Shown piece after piece: positions 1 through 11,410 of a stretch of 64,000 bases of DNA (position 1 is its first letter; each line of letters begins with the position of its first letter). The stretch is from Malacoraja senta (Eukaryota). The notes under the pieces were generated by a model, which had not been told where the DNA came from, ran no database searches, and saw nothing but the letters and a program-made list of their open reading frames with translations. The position numbers and the translations under genes are program-made. The stretch spans positions 124,001 through 188,000 of the forward strand of contig JAXLNO010000110.1 in assembly GCA_038087875.1 (NCBI GenBank). The letters are read 5' to 3'.

Positions 1-545
1 GAGGAGGAGGAAGGTAGGGAGTTGGAGGAGGGGAAGGAGTTGTTGGAGGGGTTGTTGGAGGAGGAGGAGGGGAGGGAGTTGGAGGAGGAGATGGAGGAAT
101 GTTTGGAGTTGGAGGCGGCGTCTGAGTCAGAAGTGTCATCGGAGGTAAATAAGAAGTTGGAGGAAGGTAAGGAGTCTTTGGAGGGGGGGTTGGAGATGGA
201 GGAGGAGGACAGCAAGGAGAAGAAGGAGAAGATGGAAGAGGAGGGCGAGATGGACTCGTCTGAGGAGGGGGAGGAGGAGAAGGAATCAGAGGAGGGGGAG
301 GAGGTAGAGAGGGAGGAGTTGGAGGAGAAGAAGAAGGAGTCAGAGGAGGAAGGTGGGTTGAAGAGGTTGTCCATGCTGCCTAGGCTGCCGCCCGTCACCT
401 CCGTGAGGCGGTCACTGTAGGTCTGGTGGAAGGTCAGCTTGCCCTCCATCTTGCTGCGGTCTTGGCGGCAGCGTTGCTCCTTGGTGCCAGAGTCCACCTT
501 GCCCGTCATCTTCATCTGCACCTCCGACTCTAGGCAGTCCTTCAC
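1..545 (-). CDS. PRF1: Perforin-1-like gene, second coding exon (partial, runs off the window start)
   Basis: Acceptor ctctccccCAG|GTG at 546/545, in phase with the upstream exon. Reads VKDCLESEVQ...CRQDRSKMEGKLTFHQTYSDRLTEVTGG...DNLF (compare perforin VEDCL...FHQTYRERHSEVVGG...DLLF), then a stop-free Ser-rich tract to position 1. Confidence 0.88.
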   Translation of the reverse strand, partial: MKDCLESEVQMKMTGKVDSGTKEQRCRQDRSKMEGKLTFHQTYSDRLTEVTGGSLGSMDNLFNPPSSSDSFFFSSNSSLSTSSPSSDSFSSSPSSDESISPSSSIFSFFSLLSSSSISNPPSKDSLPSSNFLFTSDDTSDSDAASNSKHSSISSSNSLPSSSSNNPSNNSFPSSNSLPSSS

Positions 546-979
546 CTGGGGGAGAGGGAGAGAGACGGGGGTGTGAGGGACGGTCAGGGGATGGAGGAAT
601 GGAAAGAGAGAAAGAGGGATGAAGGAGCTGGGGGGGGGGGTGAAGGGGTGAAGAAGCATCAAGGGGGAGACAGGGGGGTGAGGGAGCGATCGGGGAGGAG
701 AGAACGGTGCGGGAGTGCTGGGGGAGGGAGAGAGAAGAGTGAAGGAACGCCGAGGGAGAGAGAGAGGGGGGTGAAGGAGTGTGGAGAGGGTGAGGGAGCG
801 TCAGGGGAGGAAGGGTGGGGGGGGGGGGGTGAGGGAGCACCGTGGGAGAGTGAGGAGTTTGGGGAAAGGGGTGAGGGAGGGGTCAGATTTAAGGTCGGGA
901 TCTGTTAATATCTACCATTGGTGTCTGCCGTCATTGGGCCAGTCTGGCAGGGGTCAGGTGTTTGTGTCAAGGGTCATAG

Positions 980-2930
980 AACAGTAAAGCACAAGAACAG
1001 GCCCTTCGGCCCACAATGTTTGTGCTGAACAAGATCCCAAGACCAACTCTTCTCTCCTGCACACAATCCATATCCTTCTATTGCCTGATAGCCATGTGCT
1101 TATCCAAATTACGCCTCTTAAACACCACTATCGTATCTGCCTCCACCACCACCCCTGGCAGCACGTTCCAGGCGCCCACCATTCTCTGTGTAAAAATAAA
1201 CTTAATAAGATCATAAGTGAGAGGAGCAGAATTAGGCCATTCGGCTCCTCCATTCAACTCTGCCATTCAATCATGGCTGATCTACCTCTCCCTCCTAACC
1301 TCATTCTCCTGCCTTCTCCCCATAATCTCTGACACCCGTACTAATATAGAATCTATCTAGCTCTGCCTTTAATATATCCACTGACTTGGCCTCCACAGCC
1401 TTCTGTGGCACAGATTCACCACCTCTGACTAAAGAAATTCCTCATCATATCCTTCCTAAAAGAACGTCTTTTAATTCTGAGGCTGCGACCACTAGTCCAT
1501 GACTCTCCCACGAGTGGAGACATCCACTCTATCCAGGAGTTCCGACCCAAAAAGTCACCTATCCTTTTTCCCCAGAGATGCTGCCCGACCCGTTGAGTTA
1601 TTCCAGCATTTTGTGCCTATCATTTCTGGTAAACCTCCTCTGCACTCTTTCCAAAGCCTCCACATCCTTCCTGTAATGGGGTGACCAGAACTGCGCCCAA
1701 TGTTCTCAGTATGGCCTGACCAAAGTGCTATAGAACTGCATCATGATTTCCTGACTCTTGTGCTCAAGGCACTGACTTATGAAAGCAAACATATTATAGG
1801 TCTTTACCACTCTATCTACCTGTGTAGCCACTTTCAGGGTGTTACAGACTTGGGCCCCAAGATCCCTCTGTACATCAATGCTGTTAAGGGCTATGCCATT
1901 AATTGTACACCAGCCCCCCCTCCCCCCCCCCGACTGCCTTACCTTTGACCTCTCTGCAGTGCCTCACACTTGCTCAGATCAGAAATCCACAAGTTCTAGG
2001 AGCAGAAATAGGCCATTCATAGATACATAGATACATAGAAAATAGGTGCAGGAGTAGGCCATTCGGCCCTTCGAGCCTGCACCGCCATTCAATACGATCA
2101 TGGCTGATCATCCAACTCAGTATCCCGTACCTGCCTTCTCTCCATACCCCCTGACCCCTTTAGCCACAAGGGCCACATCTAATTCCCTCTTAAATATAGC
2201 CAATGAACTGGCCTCAACTACCCTCTGTGGCAGAGAGTTCCAGAGATTCACCACTCTCTGTGTGAAAAAGTTTTTCCTCATCTCGGTCTGAAAGGATTTC
2301 CCCCTTATCCTTAAGCTGTGACCCCTTGTCCTGGACTTCCCCAACATCGGGAACAATCTTCCTGCATCTAGCCTGTCCAACCCCATAAGAATTTTGTACG
2401 TTTCTATAAGATCCCCTCTCAATCTCCTAAATTCTAGCGAGTATAAGCCAAGTCTATCCAGTCTTTCGGCCCCATCTAGTCATGCAATCACGGCTGATCT
2501 ATTTTTAACCTCTCAACCCCATTCTCCTGCCTTTATCCCATAAATCCCTGACACCCGTACTAATCAAGAATTTGTCAATCTCCGCCTTTAAAAATATCCA
2601 ATGGCTTGGCTTCCACAAAGAATGCCACAGATTCACCACCCTCTTACTAAAGAAATTTCTCCTTTCTTTGGAGTAACTCAAATTTCACTGTATCTTAATT
2701 GGTACATGTGACAATTAAATTGAATCTTGAATCTTTTATTCTGAGGCTATGGCCTCTGGTCCTCGACTCTCCCACTAGTGGAAACATCCTCTCCACATCC
2801 ACTCTATCCAAGCCTCCAAATTAAATCAGATTTAACCCCTGACACCTGTTCTAATCAAGAATCTATCTTTCTCTGCCTTAAAAATATCCATTGACTTGGC
2901 CTTCTGTGGCAATGAATTCCACATATGATC
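980..2930 (-). mobile_element. Cluster of CR1 3'-end fragments in the perforin intron
   Basis: Repeated RGDLIETYK...RTRGHSL...FFTQRVVNLWNSLP remnants and CR1 3' tails. Confidence 0.85.
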
Positions 2931-4162
2931 TGTACGATCTATGAGCTGTAAACTTTGACAGCTTTCATTACAGACTGGGACCGCAGCAATCTTGGTGTCA
3001 TCTGTAAATCTACTAACCAACCTGTCCATGTTTACGTCCAAGTTATTTATATATATATATCACGCACTGCAGAGTCCAGGTAGAGATCTCTGCGGACCTA
3101 CACTGGTCACAGAACTCCACCTTCCACCACAACTGCCTGCCTTCTATCAGTAAGCCAGTTCAGAATGCATACGACCAAAATATGCCTGCTGGAGGTGAGA
3201 GTGAACGCTGGCGCGATTGGCTGTCGCTGCTCTCTTTCCGAATTGTGTATTGTTGCTGTATATGTTGTTTTTGCTTCATGTTTGTGTAATTGTAAGGTGT
3301 CATGCTTGTTTTAATTGTAAGGTGTCCTTGAGAGTCCTGAAAGGCGCCTATAAATAAAATGTCTTATTATTATTTATTATTAAATCACTGTTAATCCTGT
3401 GCATTTTAATCTTCTGATCCACCTACCATGAGGGACTTAATGAAAAGCCGTACTAAAATCCATGTAGCCAATATCCACTGCCCATATGTCATCAATCACC
3501 TTCGTCACCTCCTCAAAGGATCAAGTTAGTAAGACACAAATTAATTCCTTAATTCACCAACACTCTTCCAAATGGGAGTAAATCCTTTCCAATAGCGTCC
3601 CTCAAAGCCTGCCCAGGGGGCAAGAGTTGAAGTTCACGGTCCAGGTCAGGGTCCAGGTTGGAGTTAAAGGTCAGGGGTGAAGGTTCACAGTCAGGGTCAA
3701 GGATCAGGGCCTGAGGTTGAGGGGTGAAGGTTCACGGCATGGAGTTAGAGGTCGAGGTTCACTATCCAGGTCAGGGATCAAGTTTGGAGTTAGGGGTTGT
3801 GGTTCAGGGGTCAAAATTCATGGTCAGAGGTTGGGATCCAGGGCTAGTGTGTGAGGTCAAGTTTGGAGTTGAGGGTTGAGGTTCAGGGGTCCAAGTTCAC
3901 GGTCAGAGGTTGGGGTTCACGGTCAGAAGTCGGGTTAAGAGGTCAATTTGTAATTAAGGGTTGGGGGTTCAGGAGTCAATGTTTTGTGGACAGAGGTCGA
4001 TGTTCATAGTCCAGGTCAGGTGTTATCTTTGGAGTTAAAGCTTGAGGTTCAGCGGTCAAGGTTCAAGGTCAGAGGTCGGGGAACACAAGTTGTGGTTCAG
4101 AGGTCATGGCCGAGGGCGGGGGTTCACGGTCTGGGGTCAGGGTATCGCGAGCCGGCACTCAC

Positions 4163-4933
4163 CTCATCCAGGGTTTGCCCATTGAGGGCGATCTGGCAGG
4201 TGCGGAGGGCGGTGAGGTCAGTGTAGGCGCCGCCCAGGTCCACGGCCGCCACGTAGTGGGTGCCGAAGGTGCGCAGTAATTCGCTGTAGAGGAAGTCGGC
4301 TTCGCTGTTGCCACCGGTGTAGGGCAGAGTGTGCAGGAGCTGCTGCAGGTCCGGATGGAGCGGTGGCTGGTGGCCCAGCCGCGCCTGGTAGAGACGGCAG
4401 CGGATGGACAGGCGGCTGAAACTGTAGCGGTCGCTGGAGGCCCGCTGCCGGGCAAAGTCAGTCTGCCGGGAGAGTGAGCCGGCAGCAGAGACCAAGGCAG
4501 ACTTATCCTTTTCCGCCACGTCCAGGTGGGAGCTCCAGCTGCTTCCCAGCCCACTGCTCTCCGACGCGCTCACCTCCGCCGCTGAATCGAAGGTCTGGCC
4601 GGCCAGGAGACGCTGACAGTCCGTCGCCGACTGCCAGTGTTGCACGGCTTGGGGCAGCCACTGATGCTTGCCTCCCAGCTGATTGTTGTGGCACAGCGTG
4701 CAGCCCCCACCCGGCAGCTGCCAGGACCGGGTGTCCACCGCCCAGGTGCCCGTCCCACGCATGTGCACCACGTCAAAGCCCTCGCCCACCTTCTCCACCC
4801 CCGGCATCGGGGTTGCCGCTTTGCACTCTTTGGCCGTGCCTGTCCTGCACACGCTGAGGGCCGCGCGAGGGGCCAGCAGCAGCAGCAGCAGGGAGAGCAG
4901 CACCAAGGGCTGGCACCAACAGCGGGCAGCCAT
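4163..4933 (-). CDS. PRF1: Perforin-1-like gene, first coding exon (signal peptide and N-terminal MACPF domain)
   Basis: Translation MAARCWCQPLVLLSLLLLLLAPRAALSVCRTGTAKEC...GEGFDV...CTLCHN...PPLHPD...FGTHYVAAVDLGG...LTALRTCQIALNGQTLDE follows perforin collinearly and contains the MACPF signature (F/Y)GTH(Y/F)x6GG. Polypyrimidine/CAG acceptor ends at 4953 (exon starts 4952). GAG|GTGAGT donor follows 4163. 257 codons, phase 0. Confidence 0.93.
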
Positions 4934-4964
4934 GGGCACGTCTTTGGGGTCTCTGGCGAGAGAA

Positions 4965-5200
4965 AGAGAAGGGGGGAAGAGTGTGAGTGACGCACCGTGT
5001 TCCAGAGGGGAAGCTTCCGAGTAATGCACCCTTGGGCCTGGGGGTAGAGTGTGAATGACACACCTTGGGGCCCGGGGGGGAAGAGTGTGAATGACACACC
5101 TTGAGGCCCAGGGGGAAGAGTGCGAGTCACGCACCATGTCTCGGAGTGGAAGGGTGTGAGTGACGCACCCTAGGGCTCGGATGGGAAGAGTGTGAGTGTG
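4965..5200. repeat. Roughly 35-bp minisatellite abutting the perforin acceptor
   Basis: Units GGGGAAGAGTGTGAATGACACACCTTGGGCCC and variants. Confidence 0.8.
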
Positions 5201-5399
5201 AGGTAGACAAATCTCCAGGGCCTGATCAGATATATCCGAGGAAATTGTGGGAAACCAGAGAGGAAATTGCGGGAGCCCTGCTTGAAATTGACTTCTTCCT
5301 TAAATACAGGAGAGGTGCCGTAAGACTGGAGGATGGAAAATGTGCCTCTTTTCAAGAAGGGTTGCTGGGAAAATGCATGGAACTATAGGCCGGTGAGCT

Positions 5400-5660
5400 C
5401 GTGAGAAATTCTGTGATCAACGACAATTTCAAAACTCATACAAACTGCATGGGCCGCGGGTGTTGGAGAGCCGGGGCTAAGGGAGGGATGGAAGCAGAAG
5501 CAGCAGCGGCAGATGCGGGGAGCCGGGGCTGGCGAATGTTTGCGGTGCTGGCGAGTCGCTCGCTACAGCTCCGGCCATGGAGCAGCCTCAGTGCAAGAGT
5601 CCCGGACCGTCAGAGGTGTCGGAAGCGTTGCGCCGCTGCCGTGAGAGTCTCTGTTCCGAA
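5400..5660 (+). pseudogene. TDP2: Second, truncated copy of the TDP2 exon-1-like segment with the same upstream transposon subterminal sequence
   Basis: Aligns with 6319-6551 (cgtgagaaattctgtgatcaacga...gccATGGAGCAGCCTCAGTGC...GCGTTGCGCCGCTGCCGTGAGAGTCT). Retains an upstream ATG at 5488, has indels, and breaks off into GA-rich sequence. Confidence 0.65.
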
Positions 5661-6378
5661 GGGACAGAGACTCTCATAGGGGGGGGGGAGAGGGGAAGGA
5701 GTCAGGGAGACGGGGGAGAGAGAGAGGGGTTAAGGGGAGAGAGGGGGAGAGAATGGGGCGAGAGAGGAGGAGAGGGGGGTGAGAGAGAGGAGAGAGAGAG
5801 AGGTAGCAGAGAGAGAGGGAGAGAGGGGGGGAGAGGAGAGGGGGAGAGGAGAGGAGAGGGGGGAGAGTGAGCTGGGAGAGAGGTGGAAGAGAGTGGGGTG
5901 AGAGGGAGAGGGGGGAAAGAGGAAGAGAGGGAGGAGAGAGAGGATAGGAGAAAAGGGGAGAGAGGGAAGAGAGAGGGTGGAAAAAGAGAGAGGGGGAAGC
6001 GGGAGAGAGAGGGGGAAAGAGAAACGGGAAAGAGAGAGAGAGAGAGAGAGGGGGGGGGGCAAAGAGAAAGAGTAGATAGAGACAGAGGAGAAAGAGAGAG
6101 GGTAGAGAGAGCAAGGGGAGAGTGAGGTGGGAGGGAGGGGGCGGGGAGAGAAAGAGAGGGGGAGAGAAGAGGGGAGGGAGAGAGGGCGAGAGAGAGGGGG
6201 ACAGAGAGAGGAGAGAGAGAGGGGGATAGAGGCAGGGCTGCCAACTCTCATGCATTGAGCGTGAGAATCGCGCATTTCGCCAGATTCTCATGCTGATCAC
6301 CAATTTCTCACGCTCTGTCGTGAGAAATTCTGTGATCAACGAAAATTTCAAAACTCATATCAACTGCATGGGCCACGG

Positions 6379-6624
6379 GTGTTGGAAGCAGAAGCAGCAG
6401 CGGGGACAGATGTAGACGGGGAGTTGGGGTTGGCGAGTGTTTGCCGGGCTGGCGAGTCGCTCACTGCAGCTCCGGCCATGGAGCAGCCTCAGTGCATGAG
6501 TCCCGAGCCGTCGGAAGCGTTGCGCCGCTGCCGTGAGAGTCTTTGTGCCAAATTCGTCCAGGTGACCGGCATGGATCAGGCTGCGGCTCGGTGCATCCTG
6601 GAGTACAACCAGTGGCTGCTGGAA
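6379..6624 (+). pseudogene. TDP2: TDP2 (TTRAP) exon-1-like fragment (N-terminal UBA-like region)
   Basis: RRCRESLCAKFVQVTGMDQAAARCILEYNQWLLE resembles TDP2 RRLLCVEFASVASCDAAVAQCFLAENDWEME and ends at GAA|GTAAGT (6624/6625). Kozak ATG at 6478. No downstream TDP2 exon recognised in the window. Confidence 0.7.
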
Positions 6625-8284
6625 GTAAGTACCAAGCACTGGGTAGAAACGGTGGATTATAGTGACCTTCAAATGGGAGTGGTTGGAGAAAGCATCCTGC
6701 TTGCCTGCTAGATTTTCACTTACTGTAACTGCAGGAAAAATGTTCCCGATGTTGGGAGGACTTCAGAACCAGGGGTCACAGTTTAAGAATAAAGGGTAGG
6801 CCAGTTAGGACTGAGATGAGGACAAACTTTCTGCACGCAGAGAGTTGTGAATCTGGAATTCTCTGCCACAGAAGGCAGTGCAGGCCAATTCACTGGATGT
6901 TTTCAAGAGAGAGTTACATTTAGTTCTTGGGGCTAACGAAATCAAGGGATATGGGAAAAAACCAGGAAAGAGGTACTGATTTTAGATGAACAGCCATGAT
7001 CATATTGAATGGCAGTGCTGGCTCGAAGGGCCGAATGGCCAATTCCTGCACCTATTTTCTATGTTTCTATGCTTGAGTATATGGCAATAAAATTTGATTG
7101 CTTGATTTTGAAGCATTCATGCATGGAGGAGGTATAATGTAGTCATAGTGATACAGTGTGAAAACAGGCCCTTCGGCGCAACTTGCCCACACCTGCCAAC
7201 TTGTCCCAGCTACGTTACCTACCTTTGGACCATATACCTCTAAACCTGTCCTATCCATGTGTCAGTCTAACTGTTTCTTAAATGTTGCGATGGTTTCTGC
7301 CTCAACTAGGCCCTCTGGCAGCTTGTTCCATACACCCACCACCCTTTGTGTGGAAAAAGTTACCTCTTAAAAATACATCATACAAAAAACATTGAAATCA
7401 TACTTCCACAATGCACTAAAACATGATTTTAATACATCAAATTTCAAATGGTCCCTACCCTGGGAGGGGGGACACCCCCCTTCCACACCCTCTCCCCACT
7501 CGGTTGCTCCAGTCCCTCGCCGGGTACCCCCAAGGCCATTGATCAGTGATTGCTCAGCCTCCCCACTTTCAAAAACGCTCCGCGGTCCCTGGTTCAGACG
7601 GAGAGCACTGCCAGATGTGAGCGGGGAACTGAGGCCAGTTGTCCGTGATGTCTGGATCCCAATGCTCAGCGTTTCGTGTTTCGGAGTTGGCTAAAGTTAT
7701 TGATTTGTAATTAGTTGACAAAACCTTAATTTATTAATCCGGAATATCCAGGGGGATGGGATAAGTGTAATATTAAAATGACATGCAAGGTGTCAGGCTG
7801 TCTGTCACAACATACAGCCCCGATAACCCATTATTTCCTCAGTTAAATATTGGGAAGGTAGCACTATTGTCATTTGTCACTCAACTATTATGTTTGTTTG
7901 CCTCACTGACTATTTCTAACGCCCCCCCCCCCCCAAATTCATTTGACAGGTTGAATAGAAATGTCCCCAATCTCGTTGTTTTATTAACTGAACACGTAGA
8001 TGAACATCCTCAAAGAGTGTAATCAGATGGAAACTGATTCAGATGCGATATTTAAGAGCTTGTTCAAAGAAGGGGCATATTTTAAAGGAGTGACAGAGAT
8101 ACTTGCAGGGGAATGTGTGAGGAGATTATTATTTGTCTTTAGATTTAGCTTGAACCAGGACATCTGGAGATTAAAAGTTTAATATAGTAATTGTGCTGAT
8201 ACTGACCCCACCCAACCACATAATGAATATCATCCATTCCGGAGGTTTTACTTTTATGATGCCATTTAAACTTCACTTGGATTT

Positions 8285-9292
8285 GAAAGGCACGGCATTT
8301 CCTTCCATGGCTACGCAGACGATACACAACTCTATCTCCCCCTGAAGCTCAAAAAACAATCAAATCTGTTTAACCTTACCCACTGCCTCTAGGATATAAA
8401 GTGTTGGATGGCCCAGAACTTCCTCCAACTAAACGAGAGTAAGTCTGAGGTCATCCTTCTCGGCCCCTCGGACTCAATCAAAATGATAGCAGGCAGCCTT
8501 GGAAGCCTTACCCCACTACTCAAACCTCACGTCAAAAACCTTGGCGTGATATTTGACTCAACACTGAAATTTGACAAACAAGTCAATGCCGTGGTAAAAG
8601 CTAGCTTCTTTCAGCTTTGGACGATAGCTAAAATAAAACTTCCTCCAGTTTGATGACCTCGAAAAGATCATCCACACATTCATCTCCTCCCGCCTAGATT
8701 ACTGCAACTCCCTTTACACTGGCATCAGCCAATCTTCCCTGTCCCACCTGCAACTGGTCCAAAACGCCGCAGTGAGACTCCTGACGGGCACCCGAAAAAG
8801 GGACTACATCACCCCGATCCTGGCCTCTCTCCACTGGCTCCCTGTGCAGTTCCATATAAACTTCAAGATCCTCCTCCATGTCTACAAAGCCCTCAATGGG
8901 CTTGCCCCCACCTACATAAAAAGTCTTCTCACCCACCACTCCACCTCCCGGCCCCTCAGATCGGCCGACTTGGGGTTGCTGAATACCCCGCGGTCTAGGC
9001 ATAAGCTCAGGGGCGACTGCGCCTTTGCGGTTGCAGCCCCTAGACTGTGGAACAGCATCCCCTTTCCCATCAGAACTGCCCCCTCCATCGACTCTTTTAA
9101 GTCAAGACTAAAGACTTATCTATACTCCCAAGCCTTTCCTGACCTCCTCTGAGTGAGGGCTACGTATATATGTATGTAGTTTGTTTTGCTTGTGCTATTC
9201 TTATAACAAATGTAAAGCACTTTTGCCAACGAGAGTTGTTTTTTAAATGTGTTATATAAATAAATGTGACTTGACTTGACTTGACTTGACTT
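8285..9292 (+). mobile_element. 5'-truncated L2-type LINE (RT C-terminus and 3' tail)
   Basis: GYADDTQLY...WMAQNFLQLNESKSE...LHWLPV...AFAVAAPRLWNSIP with frameshifts; (TTGAC)n tail. Confidence 0.85.
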
Positions 9293-10774
9293 GGATTTCA
9301 ATCACTTCAATGTAAAAGTAATTGGGAATGGGGAGCATTGGAACAAAAATTTGCCCTCGGTACATATTAACTGTAATATAATAATGTATGCATGTTGGTA
9401 GGTGCAATCAAAACAAAGATCTTTTTTTATCATTGTTGTGTTATGAATACCACAGAAAATATTATTTACTCTCAAGATCACATTTAATAGAATAATATTG
9501 CTTAAATCTATAGTTATTGGACTTTGCATTTCGGAAAAGTCCCAGCTGAGAAGAAAACAGCAAAATACTGAAAATATTGGGGGTGAAAATGACTTCAGGA
9601 CAGTTTGTTATGAAAATGAAAGAAATGGTAACAGAATACTTATACAGCTGAGTGAGTATAATTTTATGGATGAGAAATTGTGTTCAACCAAGTGATGACT
9701 TCTTTGACAAAGTAACTAGCATGTTAGATAACAAGGAAGCCAATGGATGTAGCAAATTTTGTTATACATAATTTTGTCTGTTAAGTGCCCCATAAAAGAT
9801 TACTGCATTAGATAAGCATCTGTGGACTTGAACATAATAGGTTAAGTCCAGGGGGTCAGATATGGGGCTTTATGTGTGGGCCAGATATATTGTCAGTGCA
9901 GAGGGGCTAGGAGCAAGGCCAAGTGTGCATCCAGAGTCAAGATTTGGAATGGTACTAGGTGTGCAATCAAAGCTGGGACCAGGGGAGTGTTCAGCACTGG
10001 GAACCTAAGCAGGTAAGCAGCTATGATCAGTGTAGAATAGGGGGCCAGGTGTAAGGATGGACTCAGGGTCAGGAATGAGAGAAGGTATGCAACTGGAGTC
10101 ATGGCCCGTAGTACCAGGTGTGCAGTGAGACCCAGGTTGGTCAACATGGGCCAAATGTTTGATTATAATCTGATTTCCATACATGAATATACTAAGATCA
10201 TTCATGTGCTGCATGTGTTGATCAGAGCCTGGACTCTACTGTGGAATGTAATTAGGAATGTAATTTAGTCTAACCTTATTCATAGCTAATCCAATTTAAA
10301 GCATATATATTGCATTCAAGTGTAAGTTAAAAGACTCGCTACATTATGCACCACATTGCACAATTTCAAGCTGAAAAATGCAAAAGCTCCATACCAATGG
10401 GAGGGGACAACCCCCCTCCCCCCCCCCCCCCCCCCCGTCACTACGTTCACTCGGACTTGGTCTCTCGCAATTTCTCACTCCCAACTCTCACCCAATGTTG
10501 GCAGCCCTGTATACAGGCATTTAGGTGGGCATGGCTGATAAGGGATAATCAGTATGGTTTTGTACTTGGGAGGTGGTGTTTGCTGAGAAGGAATGGGTGA
10601 CGTTTCGGGTCGAGACCATCCTTTAGACTGAAGAAGGGTCTCGACCCAAAATGTCACCCATTCCTGCTCTCCAGAGATGCTGCCTGACCCGCTGAGTTAC
10701 TCCAACATTTTGTGTCTATCTTCTGAACAAAATAAATGTGGCCTCACCAAAGTGTAATATAACTGTGGCATGTC

Positions 10775-11410
10775 TAACGCACCGTGACGCCCAGTCCTGG
10801 AGGGGGAGAGGATGGTGTGCTTAATGCATCGTGGCTCCCGGTTACCGAGGGGGTGAGAACGGGGGTATCTGATGCCCGGTTATAATGCCTGGTTATAGAG
10901 TCTGAGGGGACGGTGTGTCTGACCCACCGTTGCATCCTGTCCCAGGGGGGGAGTGGACGGTGTGTCTGATGCACTGTGACGCCCGGTTATAGTGTCTGAG
11001 GGGACGATGTGTGTAACATACTTTGATACCTGGTTTAAGTTTAGTTTAGTTTAGTGATACAGCGCGGAAACAAGCTCACCGGGTCCACGCCGACCAGCGA
11101 TCCCCGCACACTAACACTATCCTACACGCACGAGGGGCAATTTTTACATTTACCAAGCCAATTAACCTGCAAACCTGTACGTCTTTGGAGTTTGGGGGGA
11201 AACCAGGGAACTCGGAGAAAACCCACGCAGGTCACGGGGAGAACGTACTAACTCCGTACAGACGGCGCCCATAGTCGGGATCGAACCCGGGTCTCCGGCG
11301 CTGTAAGGCAGCAACTCTGTCGCTGAGCCACCGGTTACCGAGGGAGAGAGGCCTGGGGTGTTTGACCCACTGTGACGCTCGGTTATAGATGGGGAGACAA
11401 CGGTGGGTGT
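10775..11410. repeat. Degenerate minisatellite interrupted by a SINE
   Basis: Recurring GACGGTGTGTCTGA...CGGTTATAG units on both sides of the SINE at 11035-11330. Confidence 0.65.

Larger units (their letters stand above)
6233..10509. mobile_element. Non-autonomous hAT-like TIR element, copy 1 (carries TDP2 exon 1 plus nested CR1 and L2 fragments)
   Basis: TIR CAGGGCTGCCAAC at 6233 and its inverse GTTGGCAGCCCTG ending 10509. Subterminal TCTCACGC/GCGTGAGA repeats. Flanking 8-mers gatagagg and tatacagg match 6/8. Confidence 0.6.

Noticed and set aside
22..420. Glu-rich 132-aa ORF on the plus strand
   Set aside because: Antisense shadow of the Ser-rich (TCC) perforin frame; no ATG context or splice support of its own.
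4934..5137. N-terminal extension of the 337-aa perforin ORF
   Set aside because: Runs through a minisatellite and a clear splice acceptor; the signal peptide starts at ATG 4933.
5674..6230. Pro/Leu/Ser- or Glu/Arg/Gly-rich ORFs here and at 12.5-13.3, 15.9-16.5, 22.9-24.6 and 27.5-27.8 kb
   Set aside because: Polypurine/polypyrimidine tracts lack stop codons by composition.
8000..8182. Possible coding exon MNILKECNQMETDSDAIFKSLFKEG inside the TIR element
   Set aside because: No recognisable homology or convincing splice pair; needs a database search.
6379..10200. Complete functional TDP2 gene
   Set aside because: No exon encoding the following RALNSYF-like segment or the catalytic EEP domain was recognised in the window.
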